From assembly GCA_046765795.1 (NCBI GenBank), contig JBKPRH010000070.1, forward strand, positions 1 through 46,982: a stretch of 46,982 bases of DNA, read 5' to 3'. Of this stretch, positions 7,576 through 17,417 are shown piece by piece. Source of the stretch: Acidobacteriota bacterium (lineage in GTDB: Bacteria > Acidobacteriota > Vicinamibacteria > Vicinamibacterales > UBA2999). Both the position numbers and the translations under genes were made by a program. Each line of letters opens with the position of its first letter. Positions within the stretch are counted from its first letter, which is position 1. The notes under the pieces were generated by a model. That model did no database searches. It was not told where the DNA came from and saw nothing but the letters and a program-made list of their open reading frames with translations.

Positions 7576-8640
7576 TCAGAACTCGAAGTGCATCTGCACG
7601 AGGATGCGGTTCTCGTCCAGCCGCGTCGGCAAGTCGTAGTTGACGTGTTCGTTCGTCACGACTAGTCCCACTTTCGACCGCGGCCAGACGAACCAGTATC
7701 CGCCGCCGGCGATCACGCGTTGCTGCGTGCTGTCAGGGATCGACTCGTCCGATTCGAACGAGTCGTAGCGGACGAGACCTGCCCATCCTGACGGACCTTG
7801 CTTCGGTTCGACGAACGCCGACCAACCGTTACGGTCCATCTCCACAGGCGTCGTTGCAGACGGTGTCTCCGTCGCGTTGAGGTACTGCAGCGTGGCGACG
7901 AGGTGCCGGTGCTCGAAGCTCCCCATCACGATGCCGAGATCGCGAGGACGATCCGCGGCGTACCAGCCTTTGTTGAAGAACCCGCTGATGCGCAGTCCAT
8001 GCGCGATTCCACGATTCGGAAACGGACGTACTGTGAGTCTGCCCTGTACGCTCTTGTACTTGTTGGCTTCGGGTTGCGTGAAGCCCTCACCGTTGAACAC
8101 GCCGCCGTGCACTTCGCCGAAGCCGTGTGGCAATGGCGTGAAGTAACTCGCGCCGAAGTCGCCTGAACCTGGAATCAATCCCTCGCGTTCCGCAAACATC
8201 GTCCCCTGCACGCGGTAACGATTGATGCTCTCTTCGAAATCCAGCCATGGGGTCTGATGAAGACCGAAGCGCGCCCAGCTTCCCGTTTGGCCCAACGTGT
8301 CCAACTGGCCGAACGCGTACTTCACTCGTACAACCAGGCTGCCCGCCAAACTGCTATCGGTAATACGCCGAATGTCGGGTGTGAACCGGAACCGAACCCG
8401 GCTCGCGACCTGCGCGTTGATGTTCAGATACGCGCGTGTCACGTCGAACGAGTTTGCCCCATCGCGATTCTCGGTTTCCGCCGCGTATTGCAGATACGAC
8501 AGCACGCCGACTCGGATGATCGGGTAATCGGGTTGGGCCGGTGTCGTTTGTGTGGATGCCGGCGGGGTCGATTGAGTTTGCGCCGAAACTGGAACTGCGA
8601 GAGTAACGATCAGGAGAGAGAGTACAAACGTTCGCCTCAT
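7576..8640 (-). CDS. Outer-membrane beta-barrel porin (Porin_O_P-like)
   Basis: Signal peptide MRRTFVLSLLIVTLAVPVSAQ, alternating beta-strand pattern throughout, and a C-terminal aromatic residue (...VQMHFEF) typical of OMPs. The family assignment is by general resemblance only. Confidence 0.55.
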   Translation of the reverse strand: MRRTFVLSLLIVTLAVPVSAQTQSTPPASTQTTPAQPDYPIIRVGVLSYLQYAAETENRDGANSFDVTRAYLNINAQVASRVRFRFTPDIRRITDSSLAGSLVVRVKYAFGQLDTLGQTGSWARFGLHQTPWLDFEESINRYRVQGTMFAEREGLIPGSGDFGASYFTPLPHGFGEVHGGVFNGEGFTQPEANKYKSVQGRLTVRPFPNRGIAHGLRISGFFNKGWYAADRPRDLGIVMGSFEHRHLVATLQYLNATETPSATTPVEMDRNGWSAFVEPKQGPSGWAGLVRYDSFESDESIPDSTQQRVIAGGGYWFVWPRSKVGLVVTNEHVNYDLPTRLDENRILVQMHFEF

Positions 8641-8682
8641 GTTGTTGTTACATATACGACCTCAGTGTTTCTTGTCGATTGC

Positions 8683-8710
8683 CGAGACGTTACATCCGTG
8701 TAACGCCTCG
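8683..8710 (-). promoter_or_regulatory. 12-bp stem (1 mismatch) with a 4-nt loop, located between the dsbD stop and the porin start
   Basis: CGAGACGTTACA-TCCG-TGTAACGCCTCG. No U-tract follows on the transcribed (minus) strand, so this is not a canonical terminator. Confidence 0.35.
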
Positions 8711-8714
8711 AAGA

Positions 8715-10472
8715 CTACTTGCTGGATGTCGCCTTTGGCTGGGGCGAGAAGGTCACCGTGGGGCGGAGGATCGCATACGTCGGCAGCCCCACGGCCTTGA
8801 CGCGCTCCACCACAGTACGGACAGGGTGTTCGTCGAGTTGTTCGGCCTGGTACTTGATCTTCACGTAGCCTTCGAGTGCCTTGGTGACAGCGGGATCGGC
8901 GAGCGTGGTGCGGTCCATCACTACGCAGTTCTTGCACCACGTCGCCCACATATCGAGGAGCACAGGCTTCTGCTCGCGCATCGCGACATCGAGGCCCTCG
9001 GCCAATGACGCGTGCCATCCGGCTTTGAGCTTCTCCTCAACGCTCGAGGCCACTTCCTTTGCGTCCACCCAACGATCGGCGAAGAGTCCGTATGACAGAT
9101 AGCCGTAGTACGCGGCCGTCGCAAGAATGAAGACGCCGAAGGCCTGCTTGACCCTGACCATCCAGGCGCCCGGTTTCGGCAGGGCCGTCAACCCGGCGCC
9201 CGCGATCGGCCACGGCACGGCCATCCCGATGCCCAGAAGGAACGGCAGGCCAAGCGCGAGCACGGTGCCTTTCGAATACAAGTCGCTCGAAAACAGCACG
9301 ACTTGAATCACGACGGGCGCAACGCAGGCGCCCGCGAGCAGCGCGGCGATCGCCCCCATCCCGAATGCCAGCGCAACCGAGCCTCTACCCGACCCACTTG
9401 CTCCAGCCGAACCCGCAAATCGCGAGAAGTCGATCGTCAGCACGTCGAACATCGCTAATGCGAGGACGACGAACACGATCGCGATTCCCAGGTTGAACCA
9501 TGGTGAAGCGTTGATAGTGCCGAAGGTGCTTGCCGTCGTGATGACGATGACGCCGAGAACACCATACACAAGCGCCATGGCAGCGCCATAAACAGCGCCA
9601 AGTACGAATCCCCGAGATCGCGATCCAGCCTTGGCACCGGCCCCGATGATCGCGAGATTGATTGGAATCATCGGAAGCACGCACGGGGTCAGGTTGAGCG
9701 CAAGCCCGCCGAGAAAGACGAGCAGCAGTATCGCCAGAGGGCCTCGACCCTCGAACCATCCCTTTTCCTTCACGCCGCTCTCGGCGTTCTTGATGAAGGT
9801 CAGGAAGTCGTCAACCGATCGATAGCCGCCGGTGCTTGCAACGACCGTGAACTCTCTCAACTGCGCGAGGCCATCGTCACTGCCGCTTGTGGCGGGTTTT
9901 GTGACGGGGAGAGTTGTCGCGACGACAGGCGCGCTTCCGCTGCCGAAGGCGATGCGATCGAAGATGTCGGGTCGAGATCGTGTGAGACGTGAGTCGGGTG
10001 GCGCGACCGTCAACGTCCAGCGAACGGGACTTGTGACGGGCGCGTAACACAGCTTGTCGTCGCACGCCTGATAGCGAAGCTCGCCCGGCAAATCGACGGT
10101 ACCGGCTTTAGTCCCCGCCGCGACTTCGAGCGCGACGCCGATTGCGAACTCATTCTCGAAGACGGCGAGCGGCTGGCTCTGTCCCGCCTGCTCGAGGTCC
10201 TTCGCTTTCGGGAAGACCAGTTCTGACACACGAACACCGTCGGGTGGCGTGATTGTAAGAACAGTCGGAATCAGTGACGCATCGCGCGGCGCGTTGGATT
10301 GGACGTGCAGCGTCTCAGGCAGCCGGACGAGCAGAGCCGCGCGCGCCTTGCCGCCCGGATGGGCCTCGGATTCGATGATCGGTGTAAGTTCCGCCCGAAC
10401 GGCTCGGAACTGGGCGAAGGCGAGCGATGGTCCAACGACCAGTAGCGCGACCGCCGCGGCCAGCGCTCGCAT
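8715..10472 (-). CDS. dsbD: Thiol:disulfide interchange protein DsbD (DsbD-alpha domain, CcdA-type TM core, C-terminal thioredoxin)
   Basis: Signal peptide MRALAAAVALLVVGPSLAFAQ. The alpha-domain Cys pair is ELRYQACDDKLCYAPV, the TM core is LNLTPCVLPMIPINL, and the thioredoxin motif is LLDMWATWCKNCVVMD. The start at 10472 lies 2 nt after the nuoG-like stop. The upstream 131 codons of the track ORF overlap nuoG and were rejected. Confidence 0.8.
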   Translation of the reverse strand: MRALAAAVALLVVGPSLAFAQFRAVRAELTPIIESEAHPGGKARAALLVRLPETLHVQSNAPRDASLIPTVLTITPPDGVRVSELVFPKAKDLEQAGQSQPLAVFENEFAIGVALEVAAGTKAGTVDLPGELRYQACDDKLCYAPVTSPVRWTLTVAPPDSRLTRSRPDIFDRIAFGSGSAPVVATTLPVTKPATSGSDDGLAQLREFTVVASTGGYRSVDDFLTFIKNAESGVKEKGWFEGRGPLAILLLVFLGGLALNLTPCVLPMIPINLAIIGAGAKAGSRSRGFVLGAVYGAAMALVYGVLGVIVITTASTFGTINASPWFNLGIAIVFVVLALAMFDVLTIDFSRFAGSAGASGSGRGSVALAFGMGAIAALLAGACVAPVVIQVVLFSSDLYSKGTVLALGLPFLLGIGMAVPWPIAGAGLTALPKPGAWMVRVKQAFGVFILATAAYYGYLSYGLFADRWVDAKEVASSVEEKLKAGWHASLAEGLDVAMREQKPVLLDMWATWCKNCVVMDRTTLADPAVTKALEGYVKIKYQAEQLDEHPVRTVVERVKAVGLPTYAILRPTVTFSPQPKATSSK

Positions 10473-10474
10473 CG

Positions 10475-12280
10475 TTACTCGACCGGCTTGAGTGGAATGA
10501 ACGAAGGACTGGCCCCCGTGCCTTCCATCTGGACGTTGTGGCCCTTCACCGGCGGAAGGTCCTGATACATGAAATCCCACTTCCACCGTTCCGACGGGTT
10601 TGACGCCTCCAACCAATTGGCTGCGGAAACCTGCCGTGCGAAAGCGATCGAATGCGCTTCGGCGTACTTCGATCCCGGCAGCGCCGCGGAGAGCGCCTTC
10701 CGGACATCGTCCGAACTTTGGTAGGGCATCGTCAGACCCAGCGAGGCGGCAATATTCGCGAGAATCTGCCAATCCTCGCGCGCTTCGCCGGGCGGGTTGA
10801 TGACCTTCGACGATGCTTGCACGAGCCCCTGCTCGTTCGTGTAAATCGCGTCCTTCTCGACCCACGCAGCCCCCGGGAGCACGATGTCAGCTGCCGATGT
10901 GAGATTCGTGGTGACGACGCCCTGGACGATCAGCAAGGACAGCTTCCCGCTGCGACGAGCCGCCACGATCCAAGAGACGTCACCGAGCGAGCCATCGGGG
11001 CCTGGATCGACGACGTACAAGATTTTGACGCGTCCACCTTCGACGGCGGTGCGCAGTGCACTGAGGTCTGGCGCCCCATCGTTCCCGGCGCCGACGGCAA
11101 AGCCGAGGTCTTTGGCGCCGTTCACATTCGGGGCATCTGTTGAATTGACCTTGAATTTCGTGCCGGCAGGCTGCGGCTTCTCGGTGCGATTCCACGTGAT
11201 GCTGACCAGCGACGCGCCGTCACTGCCGAGCAGACCCTCGACCATCTGCTTCAACACAAACAGCTCTTCGGTCGCCGCGTGTGCTGATACGAGGAACCGA
11301 ACGGAGCTCGGATCGGCTGACCCTGCTGACTGAATACCGTCGCGCACGCGCGGCTCGACGTCGTGCCACGCGGCGGGCTCGAGCATCGTCCGCTGAAGCA
11401 GCAGCGGACGACGGAGGCGCGTCTCGCCTTCAACCCAACCAAAGTTGAATCGGCCGATATCGCACATCCAGTAACTGTTCACATCGGGATTGAGTCGCGG
11501 CGTCATGCGGACCAGCCGCGAACCCCGCGCCCACTCGGGCTTGGCTTTGAGCCAGGCGCTGGTGTTACATCCCTTCGAGCAAAGCGTGCAGATCGTGTCC
11601 ACCACCCCAGGGTTGTCCCATGGACGGCTCTTGAACCGGTATTGGCGCGTGGTAATCGCGCCCACGGGACAGACGTCCATCAGGTTCCCCGACAGCAACG
11701 AATGCACGCCCTGTTCACGGAACGTGGCGATCTCGCTGCCATTGCCGCGATCGACGATGCCGATCTGGGCGTCGCCGTCGATCTCGCGCATGAATCGCAC
11801 GCACCGCGTGCACAGGATGCAGCGGTTGCGGTTCAACATGAGGGTTGGACCAAAATCGACGTCCGCCTTGACCCCCTCGCCGTCGAACACGCGTCGCGGG
11901 AAGTCCATCCGGCTCGACGCCGGACCGAACGAGTACGAGAAGTCCTGAAGTGGGCACTCGCCACCCTTGTCGCACACCGGGCAATCGAGCGGGTGATTGA
12001 CGAGGAGGAACTCGAGGACACCCGCACGTGCGGCAGTCGTTTCAGGGTCCCGGGTCGAGACCACCATGCCGTCCGTGCAGACCGTCGAGCATGAGGTCTG
12101 CAGTTTCGGCATCTTCTCGATCTTCACGATGCAGACGCGACAGGACCCGTCCACCGTAAGGCCGGGATGAAAACAGTAGTAGGGCACCGAGATGCCGGCT
12201 TCGATGGCCGCTTGCAGCACGGTCTTCCCCTTGGGGACCGTGATCTGCTGGCCGTCGATGGTCAGCGTGACCGTATCCAT
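10475..12280 (-). CDS. nuoG: NADH-quinone oxidoreductase subunit G-like Fe-S protein
   Basis: MDTVTLTIDGQQITVPKGKTVLQAAIEAGISVPYYCFHP...GSCRVCIV (2Fe-2S), HPLDCPVCDKGGECPLQD, NRCILCTRCVRF and MDVCPVGA (4Fe-4S), then TICTLCSKGCNTSAW and a molybdopterin-oxidoreductase-like region. Confidence 0.8.
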   Translation of the reverse strand: MDTVTLTIDGQQITVPKGKTVLQAAIEAGISVPYYCFHPGLTVDGSCRVCIVKIEKMPKLQTSCSTVCTDGMVVSTRDPETTAARAGVLEFLLVNHPLDCPVCDKGGECPLQDFSYSFGPASSRMDFPRRVFDGEGVKADVDFGPTLMLNRNRCILCTRCVRFMREIDGDAQIGIVDRGNGSEIATFREQGVHSLLSGNLMDVCPVGAITTRQYRFKSRPWDNPGVVDTICTLCSKGCNTSAWLKAKPEWARGSRLVRMTPRLNPDVNSYWMCDIGRFNFGWVEGETRLRRPLLLQRTMLEPAAWHDVEPRVRDGIQSAGSADPSSVRFLVSAHAATEELFVLKQMVEGLLGSDGASLVSITWNRTEKPQPAGTKFKVNSTDAPNVNGAKDLGFAVGAGNDGAPDLSALRTAVEGGRVKILYVVDPGPDGSLGDVSWIVAARRSGKLSLLIVQGVVTTNLTSAADIVLPGAAWVEKDAIYTNEQGLVQASSKVINPPGEAREDWQILANIAASLGLTMPYQSSDDVRKALSAALPGSKYAEAHSIAFARQVSAANWLEASNPSERWKWDFMYQDLPPVKGHNVQMEGTGASPSFIPLKPVE

Positions 12281-12310
12281 AAGTGATTGATTTTAATTCA
12301 AAGGCCGTGA

Positions 12311-14974
12311 CTAGCGCTTTTCCTCGAATTCCGCGATGGCGGCCGAATCGCGATTGACCTGCACCTGGCGGACCAGATCGGTCGTAGGAATCGAGCGTTC
12401 GACGACCGCCTCGGTCACCGGAACGACGACCTCCTGCGTGCGGCCGTTGGCGTAGGTGAGGGTGACGGTGACTGGTACGTCGAAGACAAGATCGGCCGCC
12501 TGTTCGAAGCGGACGTTGACCACGCCGTTGCCGAGCGTCGTCGAGTAGCGAATACGCGGGATGTCAGTGCCGTAGATCCAGCGCTCGAAGAAACGATCCA
12601 GGACCCGGCCCGACTCGGCCTCGAGAGCGCGCTCCAGGTCCTCTGTTCCGGCCTTCTGATACCGCCGGTCGGCATAGAACCGCCGCAACCCGGCGAAGAA
12701 GACATCATCGCCGAGCAATCGCCGGAGCATGTGCAGGACGGCTGCGCCCTTGTTGTAGACCAGCGCACGAAACACGCGAACGTTGCCTTTGACGACACCG
12801 AGCCGATAGCCGAGATGCACCGGGCCTTGATCCGAATCGCTCAGCGACCAGCGTCGGAACTGTCGCAACATATCGACGAAGGTGCGCTCGCCGCGTGTCT
12901 TCTGTGCGTAGAGCGCAGCGAAGTACTGCGCGAAGCCCTCACTCAGCCACTGCTCGTGGTAGTTCTTCCATCCGACCGCTTGTCCCCACCATTGATGCGC
13001 GAGTTCGTGGGCGAGGAAGAACTCGGGGAAGCCTTCGAACGCGGCCGGGTCATTGCGCCAGTTCGCGTTTCCCATCGACAACGGATTCTTGATGACCGCG
13101 AAGTACCCCGGGCTGTGCCCGCCGGGTAGATCGCTTTCGATCAACGCCACCGTCGTCGACTTGTAAGGAATGTCGCCGATGAGGGATGAGTAGAACTTCA
13201 GGATGTCTTCCGATTGCTGTGTGACATTGCGTCCGCGGAAGCGCTGACTCGACTGCGCCTCGACGGCCACCGTCAATTTGTCGATGCCGGCGCTCGCGGC
13301 AAATGTTTCCGGCAACGCGAGATCGACTTCGCCAATACGGGTGAAGCGGGCGACGACCAGCGCGAGGTAACGCAGCGGTTCACTGGCCCGGAATTCGAAC
13401 AGCTTTCCGTCGCGCATGATGTCCTTCAGTGACACCACGGACGAGGCCGGAACGGGCTGACCGCTCGCGATGCACGTCCATCCCTGCGGCACGGTGATGC
13501 GCATCGACGCGGTCGCGTAATCAGGCACGGGATTCTGCGGATACCAGAACGCGCGGTTGCTGAGCAGAAATGCGGGATCGGTGACCTCGGTCGGCGCGCC
13601 CTGCTGCTCCTGCGCATCGGCGACCACTGATACCGCATCGACGTCGAGGTCCTGCGATGGAATGCGGCCTTCATAGTTCACGACCAACGTCAGGTCGGAG
13701 TCTTGCGGAAGGAGTCGCGGCAGATTCACGAGGACGTTGTTCTGACCGCGAATCCGCAGGTAGAGCAGCCGACCATACTCGACGCTCGTGACGGCGGTGA
13801 CGGTGAGCGCTTCGTTGAGTCTGAGAAAGACGTTTGATAGCGCAGTGGACCGCACGCGAATTGCGAGACGGGCTCGGCCCTGAATCGTCTGTCGCTCGGG
13901 ATCGACACTCGCGTCGATGCTGTAGTCGAGCACGTCGTAATCGCGCAGCGCGTCATCGCTGTAGAAGCGACCACGAGCAGCGAGCTTGGCGACCGAAGGG
14001 TACAACGCGACGGTGCGTCGATCCTTCCGCCGGAACACGGTGATGTCTTCGGCTTGCTGCGACGAACGCGTGTACGTGAGCGAGTCGAATTTGCGAGTAT
14101 CGACTTCGGCGAGGAAGTCGTCGGCGGGTGGAAGCAGGTGCCACGCCTCGGAGCTGAGATCCTGAAGATCGACGTTGAAGGATCGGTTCGACTCGCGCGC
14201 AAAGACGTCCAGTGCCCGCCGTGTCAGCCGTTCCTGCGGCGTGCTCGCCGTGAGACTCGCCGTCGTCACGCGCTTCTCGTAATCAGACGGACTCAACCGG
14301 ATGTATGCCTCTTCGAACGCCGACGTGAGCGTGTCGTTGCCGGAGAAGAGCTTCACTTGACCGCGCTCGGCGGAGGACGTCGGAGAGAATCGCATCTCAC
14401 CGCGCCCGAGCAGCACAAGACCCGTCACGCCCTCATCGCACTCGACGAGATAGACCGTCCCTTCCTGCAACGCGATGACGAGATCCTCGGATGCGATCTC
14501 GAGATTGCGCGCGCTGAGCGGCCGGTTCGTGTTCATCCGAAGCTTGTACAGCCCCTCGACCGAGGTGAGTCCCTCGGCGCCGACGAATCGCCACGATTCG
14601 ATGTCTCCGCCGGGCGGACGACGGATATCCATCCCCGCGGTGAGGATTCGCGCTTTGCCGGCCGTCTCGATGAAGAACTCGATGATCAGGCTGTAGCCGT
14701 CGCCAGGCGGTGCACCCTCGAGTGGCGCGCGCGCACGCTCGCGAAGCGTGGCTCGCACCGCGCCGCTAATGAGCAGGTCGTTGGAGTACTGCTCTTTTTG
14801 GGCTTCAGGGACAGACGACGCAAACAGCGCGAGCAGGCCGGCACGATCGCCCGCGTTCAGCGCGCGTTCGAACTTTCGAACCATCGTCTCGGCCGGATCG
14901 GGCTCCCGCGTCTGCGCGGTAAGCGGCGCGGCCCAGAGAATCGTGCACGTCAGGATGAAAACCCGTCTGACCAC
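12311..14974 (-). CDS. Secreted M1-family zinc metallopeptidase (aminopeptidase N-like) with a long N-terminal extension
   Basis: The GTG start is followed by a signal-like sequence (VVRRVFILTCTILWAAPLTAQ). The zincin motif is FLAHELAHQWWGQAVG...WLSEGFAQYF (HExxH plus E). Confidence 0.85.
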   Translation of the reverse strand: MVRRVFILTCTILWAAPLTAQTREPDPAETMVRKFERALNAGDRAGLLALFASSVPEAQKEQYSNDLLISGAVRATLRERARAPLEGAPPGDGYSLIIEFFIETAGKARILTAGMDIRRPPGGDIESWRFVGAEGLTSVEGLYKLRMNTNRPLSARNLEIASEDLVIALQEGTVYLVECDEGVTGLVLLGRGEMRFSPTSSAERGQVKLFSGNDTLTSAFEEAYIRLSPSDYEKRVTTASLTASTPQERLTRRALDVFARESNRSFNVDLQDLSSEAWHLLPPADDFLAEVDTRKFDSLTYTRSSQQAEDITVFRRKDRRTVALYPSVAKLAARGRFYSDDALRDYDVLDYSIDASVDPERQTIQGRARLAIRVRSTALSNVFLRLNEALTVTAVTSVEYGRLLYLRIRGQNNVLVNLPRLLPQDSDLTLVVNYEGRIPSQDLDVDAVSVVADAQEQQGAPTEVTDPAFLLSNRAFWYPQNPVPDYATASMRITVPQGWTCIASGQPVPASSVVSLKDIMRDGKLFEFRASEPLRYLALVVARFTRIGEVDLALPETFAASAGIDKLTVAVEAQSSQRFRGRNVTQQSEDILKFYSSLIGDIPYKSTTVALIESDLPGGHSPGYFAVIKNPLSMGNANWRNDPAAFEGFPEFFLAHELAHQWWGQAVGWKNYHEQWLSEGFAQYFAALYAQKTRGERTFVDMLRQFRRWSLSDSDQGPVHLGYRLGVVKGNVRVFRALVYNKGAAVLHMLRRLLGDDVFFAGLRRFYADRRYQKAGTEDLERALEAESGRVLDRFFERWIYGTDIPRIRYSTTLGNGVVNVRFEQAADLVFDVPVTVTLTYANGRTQEVVVPVTEAVVERSIPTTDLVRQVQVNRDSAAIAEFEEKR

Positions 14975-15000
14975 TGGTGCCTGGCACTATTAGACGCCAA

Positions 15001-16176
15001 TTAGCCTGCGACGTGGGCGACTGGGACGACTGGCAGGGGCGGGAGACGTCGGGCGACGAGGACCGTCAAATCGTCAAGCAGCCGGCGCTCCTGACGATGG
15101 GTCTCGACGGCCGCAAACATCGCCCAGCCGAGCTCTTTCGCCGATGCCCAGTCCCGCCCGTCCACGACTCCCTGCACGCCCGCCTCATCGAACGGACGCT
15201 CGAGAGAATCCTCAGCTTCGGTGATGCCGTCGCTGTACATCACCAACACGTCGCCCGCCGCCAGTTCGACGCGGCCTGCCGAATACGTCGCGTTCTCGAA
15301 CATGCCCAGCGCCATCCCGCCTGCGCGCAGCCGCTCGTATGAGCCGTCTGTGCGGCGGAGCAGCGGCGGATTCTGGCCGGCGTTGACGTACACGAGCGAT
15401 CCGGTTCGTGGATCGAACGTCGCAATGAACAGCGTGACGAATCGCGATCGCGGCGCGTGCTTCACGATTTGCGCGTTGAGGCGGGCCACCAGGTCCGCAT
15501 CCTCGAGCCCTTCGTCGACGAGCGTGCGCATCATTGCGAGCAGCAGCGCCATCAGCAACGCCGCGGGACTTCCTTTGCCGGCGACGTCACCAAGCGCCAG
15601 CAGTACACGCCCATCGGCGAGAGGCAGGATGTCGTAGAAATCGCCCCCCACCGTGTTGGCGGGCCGGGTCATCCCGAACGCTTCGACGCCGAGCGCACGA
15701 AACTCCGCGCGCGGCAGCATCGCCTGCTGGATCTCTCGGGCAATCTCGAGGTCGTTTTTCAGCGACAAGCGATCGGCGACCTCGAGCAGTACGAGCAGGT
15801 TCACCAGCAGAAAGCCCGTGAGCAGCCACAACGTTCCGGGTGCGAATGCCGGATGGGGAATCAGAAACAGGTGGAAGCTCTGAAACAGTTCAATCAGCCC
15901 GATCAGACTCGCGACCAGCGCGCTGGCGTACAACACGCGGCGTGCGGGCGACAGCTTGAGCGTGAACGCCAGGAACAGCATCCGAGCCTGGCCCAGCATT
16001 CGCAAGTGCCAAGGCCGGTTCTTCAGCTCGTCGAAGTCAACGTTCCGCGAGAAGAAGCGGTACGCCTCCGGCGCGTCGCGCGTAAAGAGCCGCTCCAGGT
16101 CCGCGGTCGTCAGGCCTCTCGTGTAGGCCTCGAAAAAACGACCGCCCGTCGGGCGGGGCAGTGGAGGAACGTTCAT
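15001..16176 (-). CDS. Membrane-anchored PP2C/SpoIIE-family serine phosphatase
   Basis: TM segments (MLFLAFTLKL..., LIGLIELF..., LLTGFLLVNLLVLL) are followed by TVGGDFYDILPLADGRVLLALGDVAGKGSPAALLMALL...MYSDGITEA...DDLTVLVAR. The ATG at 16176 is preferred over the TTG at 16182. Confidence 0.8.
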   Translation of the reverse strand: MNVPPLPRPTGGRFFEAYTRGLTTADLERLFTRDAPEAYRFFSRNVDFDELKNRPWHLRMLGQARMLFLAFTLKLSPARRVLYASALVASLIGLIELFQSFHLFLIPHPAFAPGTLWLLTGFLLVNLLVLLEVADRLSLKNDLEIAREIQQAMLPRAEFRALGVEAFGMTRPANTVGGDFYDILPLADGRVLLALGDVAGKGSPAALLMALLLAMMRTLVDEGLEDADLVARLNAQIVKHAPRSRFVTLFIATFDPRTGSLVYVNAGQNPPLLRRTDGSYERLRAGGMALGMFENATYSAGRVELAAGDVLVMYSDGITEAEDSLERPFDEAGVQGVVDGRDWASAKELGWAMFAAVETHRQERRLLDDLTVLVARRLPPLPVVPVAHVAG

Positions 16177-16208
16177 CGACAAAACAGGATCTTAGACGGA
16201 ATCCCCGC

Positions 16209-17390
16209 TCAGATGATTCCAAGCTCGGAGCCCACCCGCCGGAAGGCATCGAGCGCGAACTGAAGCTCGTCTTCGGTATGCGTGGCAGTCACGATCGTCC
16301 GGACTCGGGCTTTCCCCTGAGGCACGGTTGGGAACCCGATTCCCTGCGCAAAGACGCCGGCGTCGAACAGTTTGTCGGACAACGTCATCGCCAGCGCCCC
16401 GTCCCCGACGATCACTGGCGTGATCGGGCTCTCGCTGATGCCGATGTTGAAGCCCAGAGCCTCGAGGCCCGCCTTGAAGAAACGAGTGTTGGCCCACAGC
16501 CGTTCCATCCACTGTGGCTCGTGCTCGAGGACATCGAGCGCGGCAATGCACGTCGCGGCGACCGACGGCGGATGCGATGTCGAAAAGAGAAACGGCCTCG
16601 CGCGGTGATAGAGGAACTCGATGAGCGATTTCGTTCCGGCGACATATCCGCCGAGCGCGCCGAGGGCCTTCGACAGCGTCCCCACCTGAACATCCACGCG
16701 GCCATGCATACCGAAGTGATCGACCGTGCCGCGTCCGTTGCGACCGAACACGCCGCTCGCGTGCGCATCGTCCACCATCATGATGCAGCCGTACTCATCG
16801 GCGAGATCGCAGAGCTCCGGCAGCGGACCGAGATCGCCGTCCATGCTGAACACCCCGTCGGTGATGAGCAGCGTGCGCTGGGTGCGTGGGAGCGCCGCCA
16901 CGATCTCGCGAGCAGCGGCAACGTTTCGATGGGGGAAGACCTTGATTGTGGCGCGGCTCAGGCGCGCACCGTCGATGATGCTGGCGTGATTCAGCTCGTC
17001 GGAGACGATCACGTCGTCCTTGCCGAGGAGGGACGACACGGTTCCCGCGTTGGCGGTGAAACCGCTTTGAAAAACGACAGCGGCCTCCGTCTTTTTGAAG
17101 GCCGCGAGCCGGCGCTCGAGCTCCATGTGTATGGCCATTGTTCCCGCGATGGTGCGGACCGACCCTGTGCCGACGCCGAGCGCCTGCAGCGCGTCGAGCG
17201 CCCGCGCCCGCAACGTCGGGTGCGTCGTCAGGCCGAGATAGTTGTTCGAGGACAGATTGACGACGTGATGATGGTCGACCGACGTGTGCGCGGCCTGTTC
17301 GCCGTCGAGCACGCGCAGGCGGCGATAGAGACCCTGTTTCCGCAGATCGTTCAGGGAGTCGTCCAGGTACGCGAGAGGATTCTGGCGCAT
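16209..17390 (-). CDS. kbl: 2-amino-3-ketobutyrate CoA ligase (glycine C-acetyltransferase)
   Basis: Collinear with E. coli Kbl as I recall it: NNYLGL...VRTIAGT...LNHASIIDG...TDGVFSMDGD...MVDDAHASG...GTLSKALG...PTVPQGKARVRTIVTATHTEDEL...VGSELGII. Confidence 0.85.
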   Translation of the reverse strand: MRQNPLAYLDDSLNDLRKQGLYRRLRVLDGEQAAHTSVDHHHVVNLSSNNYLGLTTHPTLRARALDALQALGVGTGSVRTIAGTMAIHMELERRLAAFKKTEAAVVFQSGFTANAGTVSSLLGKDDVIVSDELNHASIIDGARLSRATIKVFPHRNVAAAREIVAALPRTQRTLLITDGVFSMDGDLGPLPELCDLADEYGCIMMVDDAHASGVFGRNGRGTVDHFGMHGRVDVQVGTLSKALGALGGYVAGTKSLIEFLYHRARPFLFSTSHPPSVAATCIAALDVLEHEPQWMERLWANTRFFKAGLEALGFNIGISESPITPVIVGDGALAMTLSDKLFDAGVFAQGIGFPTVPQGKARVRTIVTATHTEDELQFALDAFRRVGSELGII

Positions 17391-17417
17391 GTAGCGCCAT
17401 TCTACGGTTATTTCAAA

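Noticed and set aside
10473-10865. An N-terminal 131-codon extension of the dsbD ORF
   Set aside because: It overlaps the 3' end of the nuoG-like gene in another frame. A clean signal peptide starts at the internal ATG at 10472.
14982-14997. A sigma-54-like TGGCAC-N5 element (cTGGCACtattaGACGC)
   Set aside because: The -12 element is not TTGC. The motif is on the + strand, with no + strand gene downstream. Other TGGCAC occurrences (25405, 29054, 44119) are inside coding regions with poor -12 elements.
14054-15004. A 316-aa ORF on the + strand
   Set aside because: It is antisense to the M1 peptidase gene, Arg-rich and low in complexity. It is a shadow ORF.
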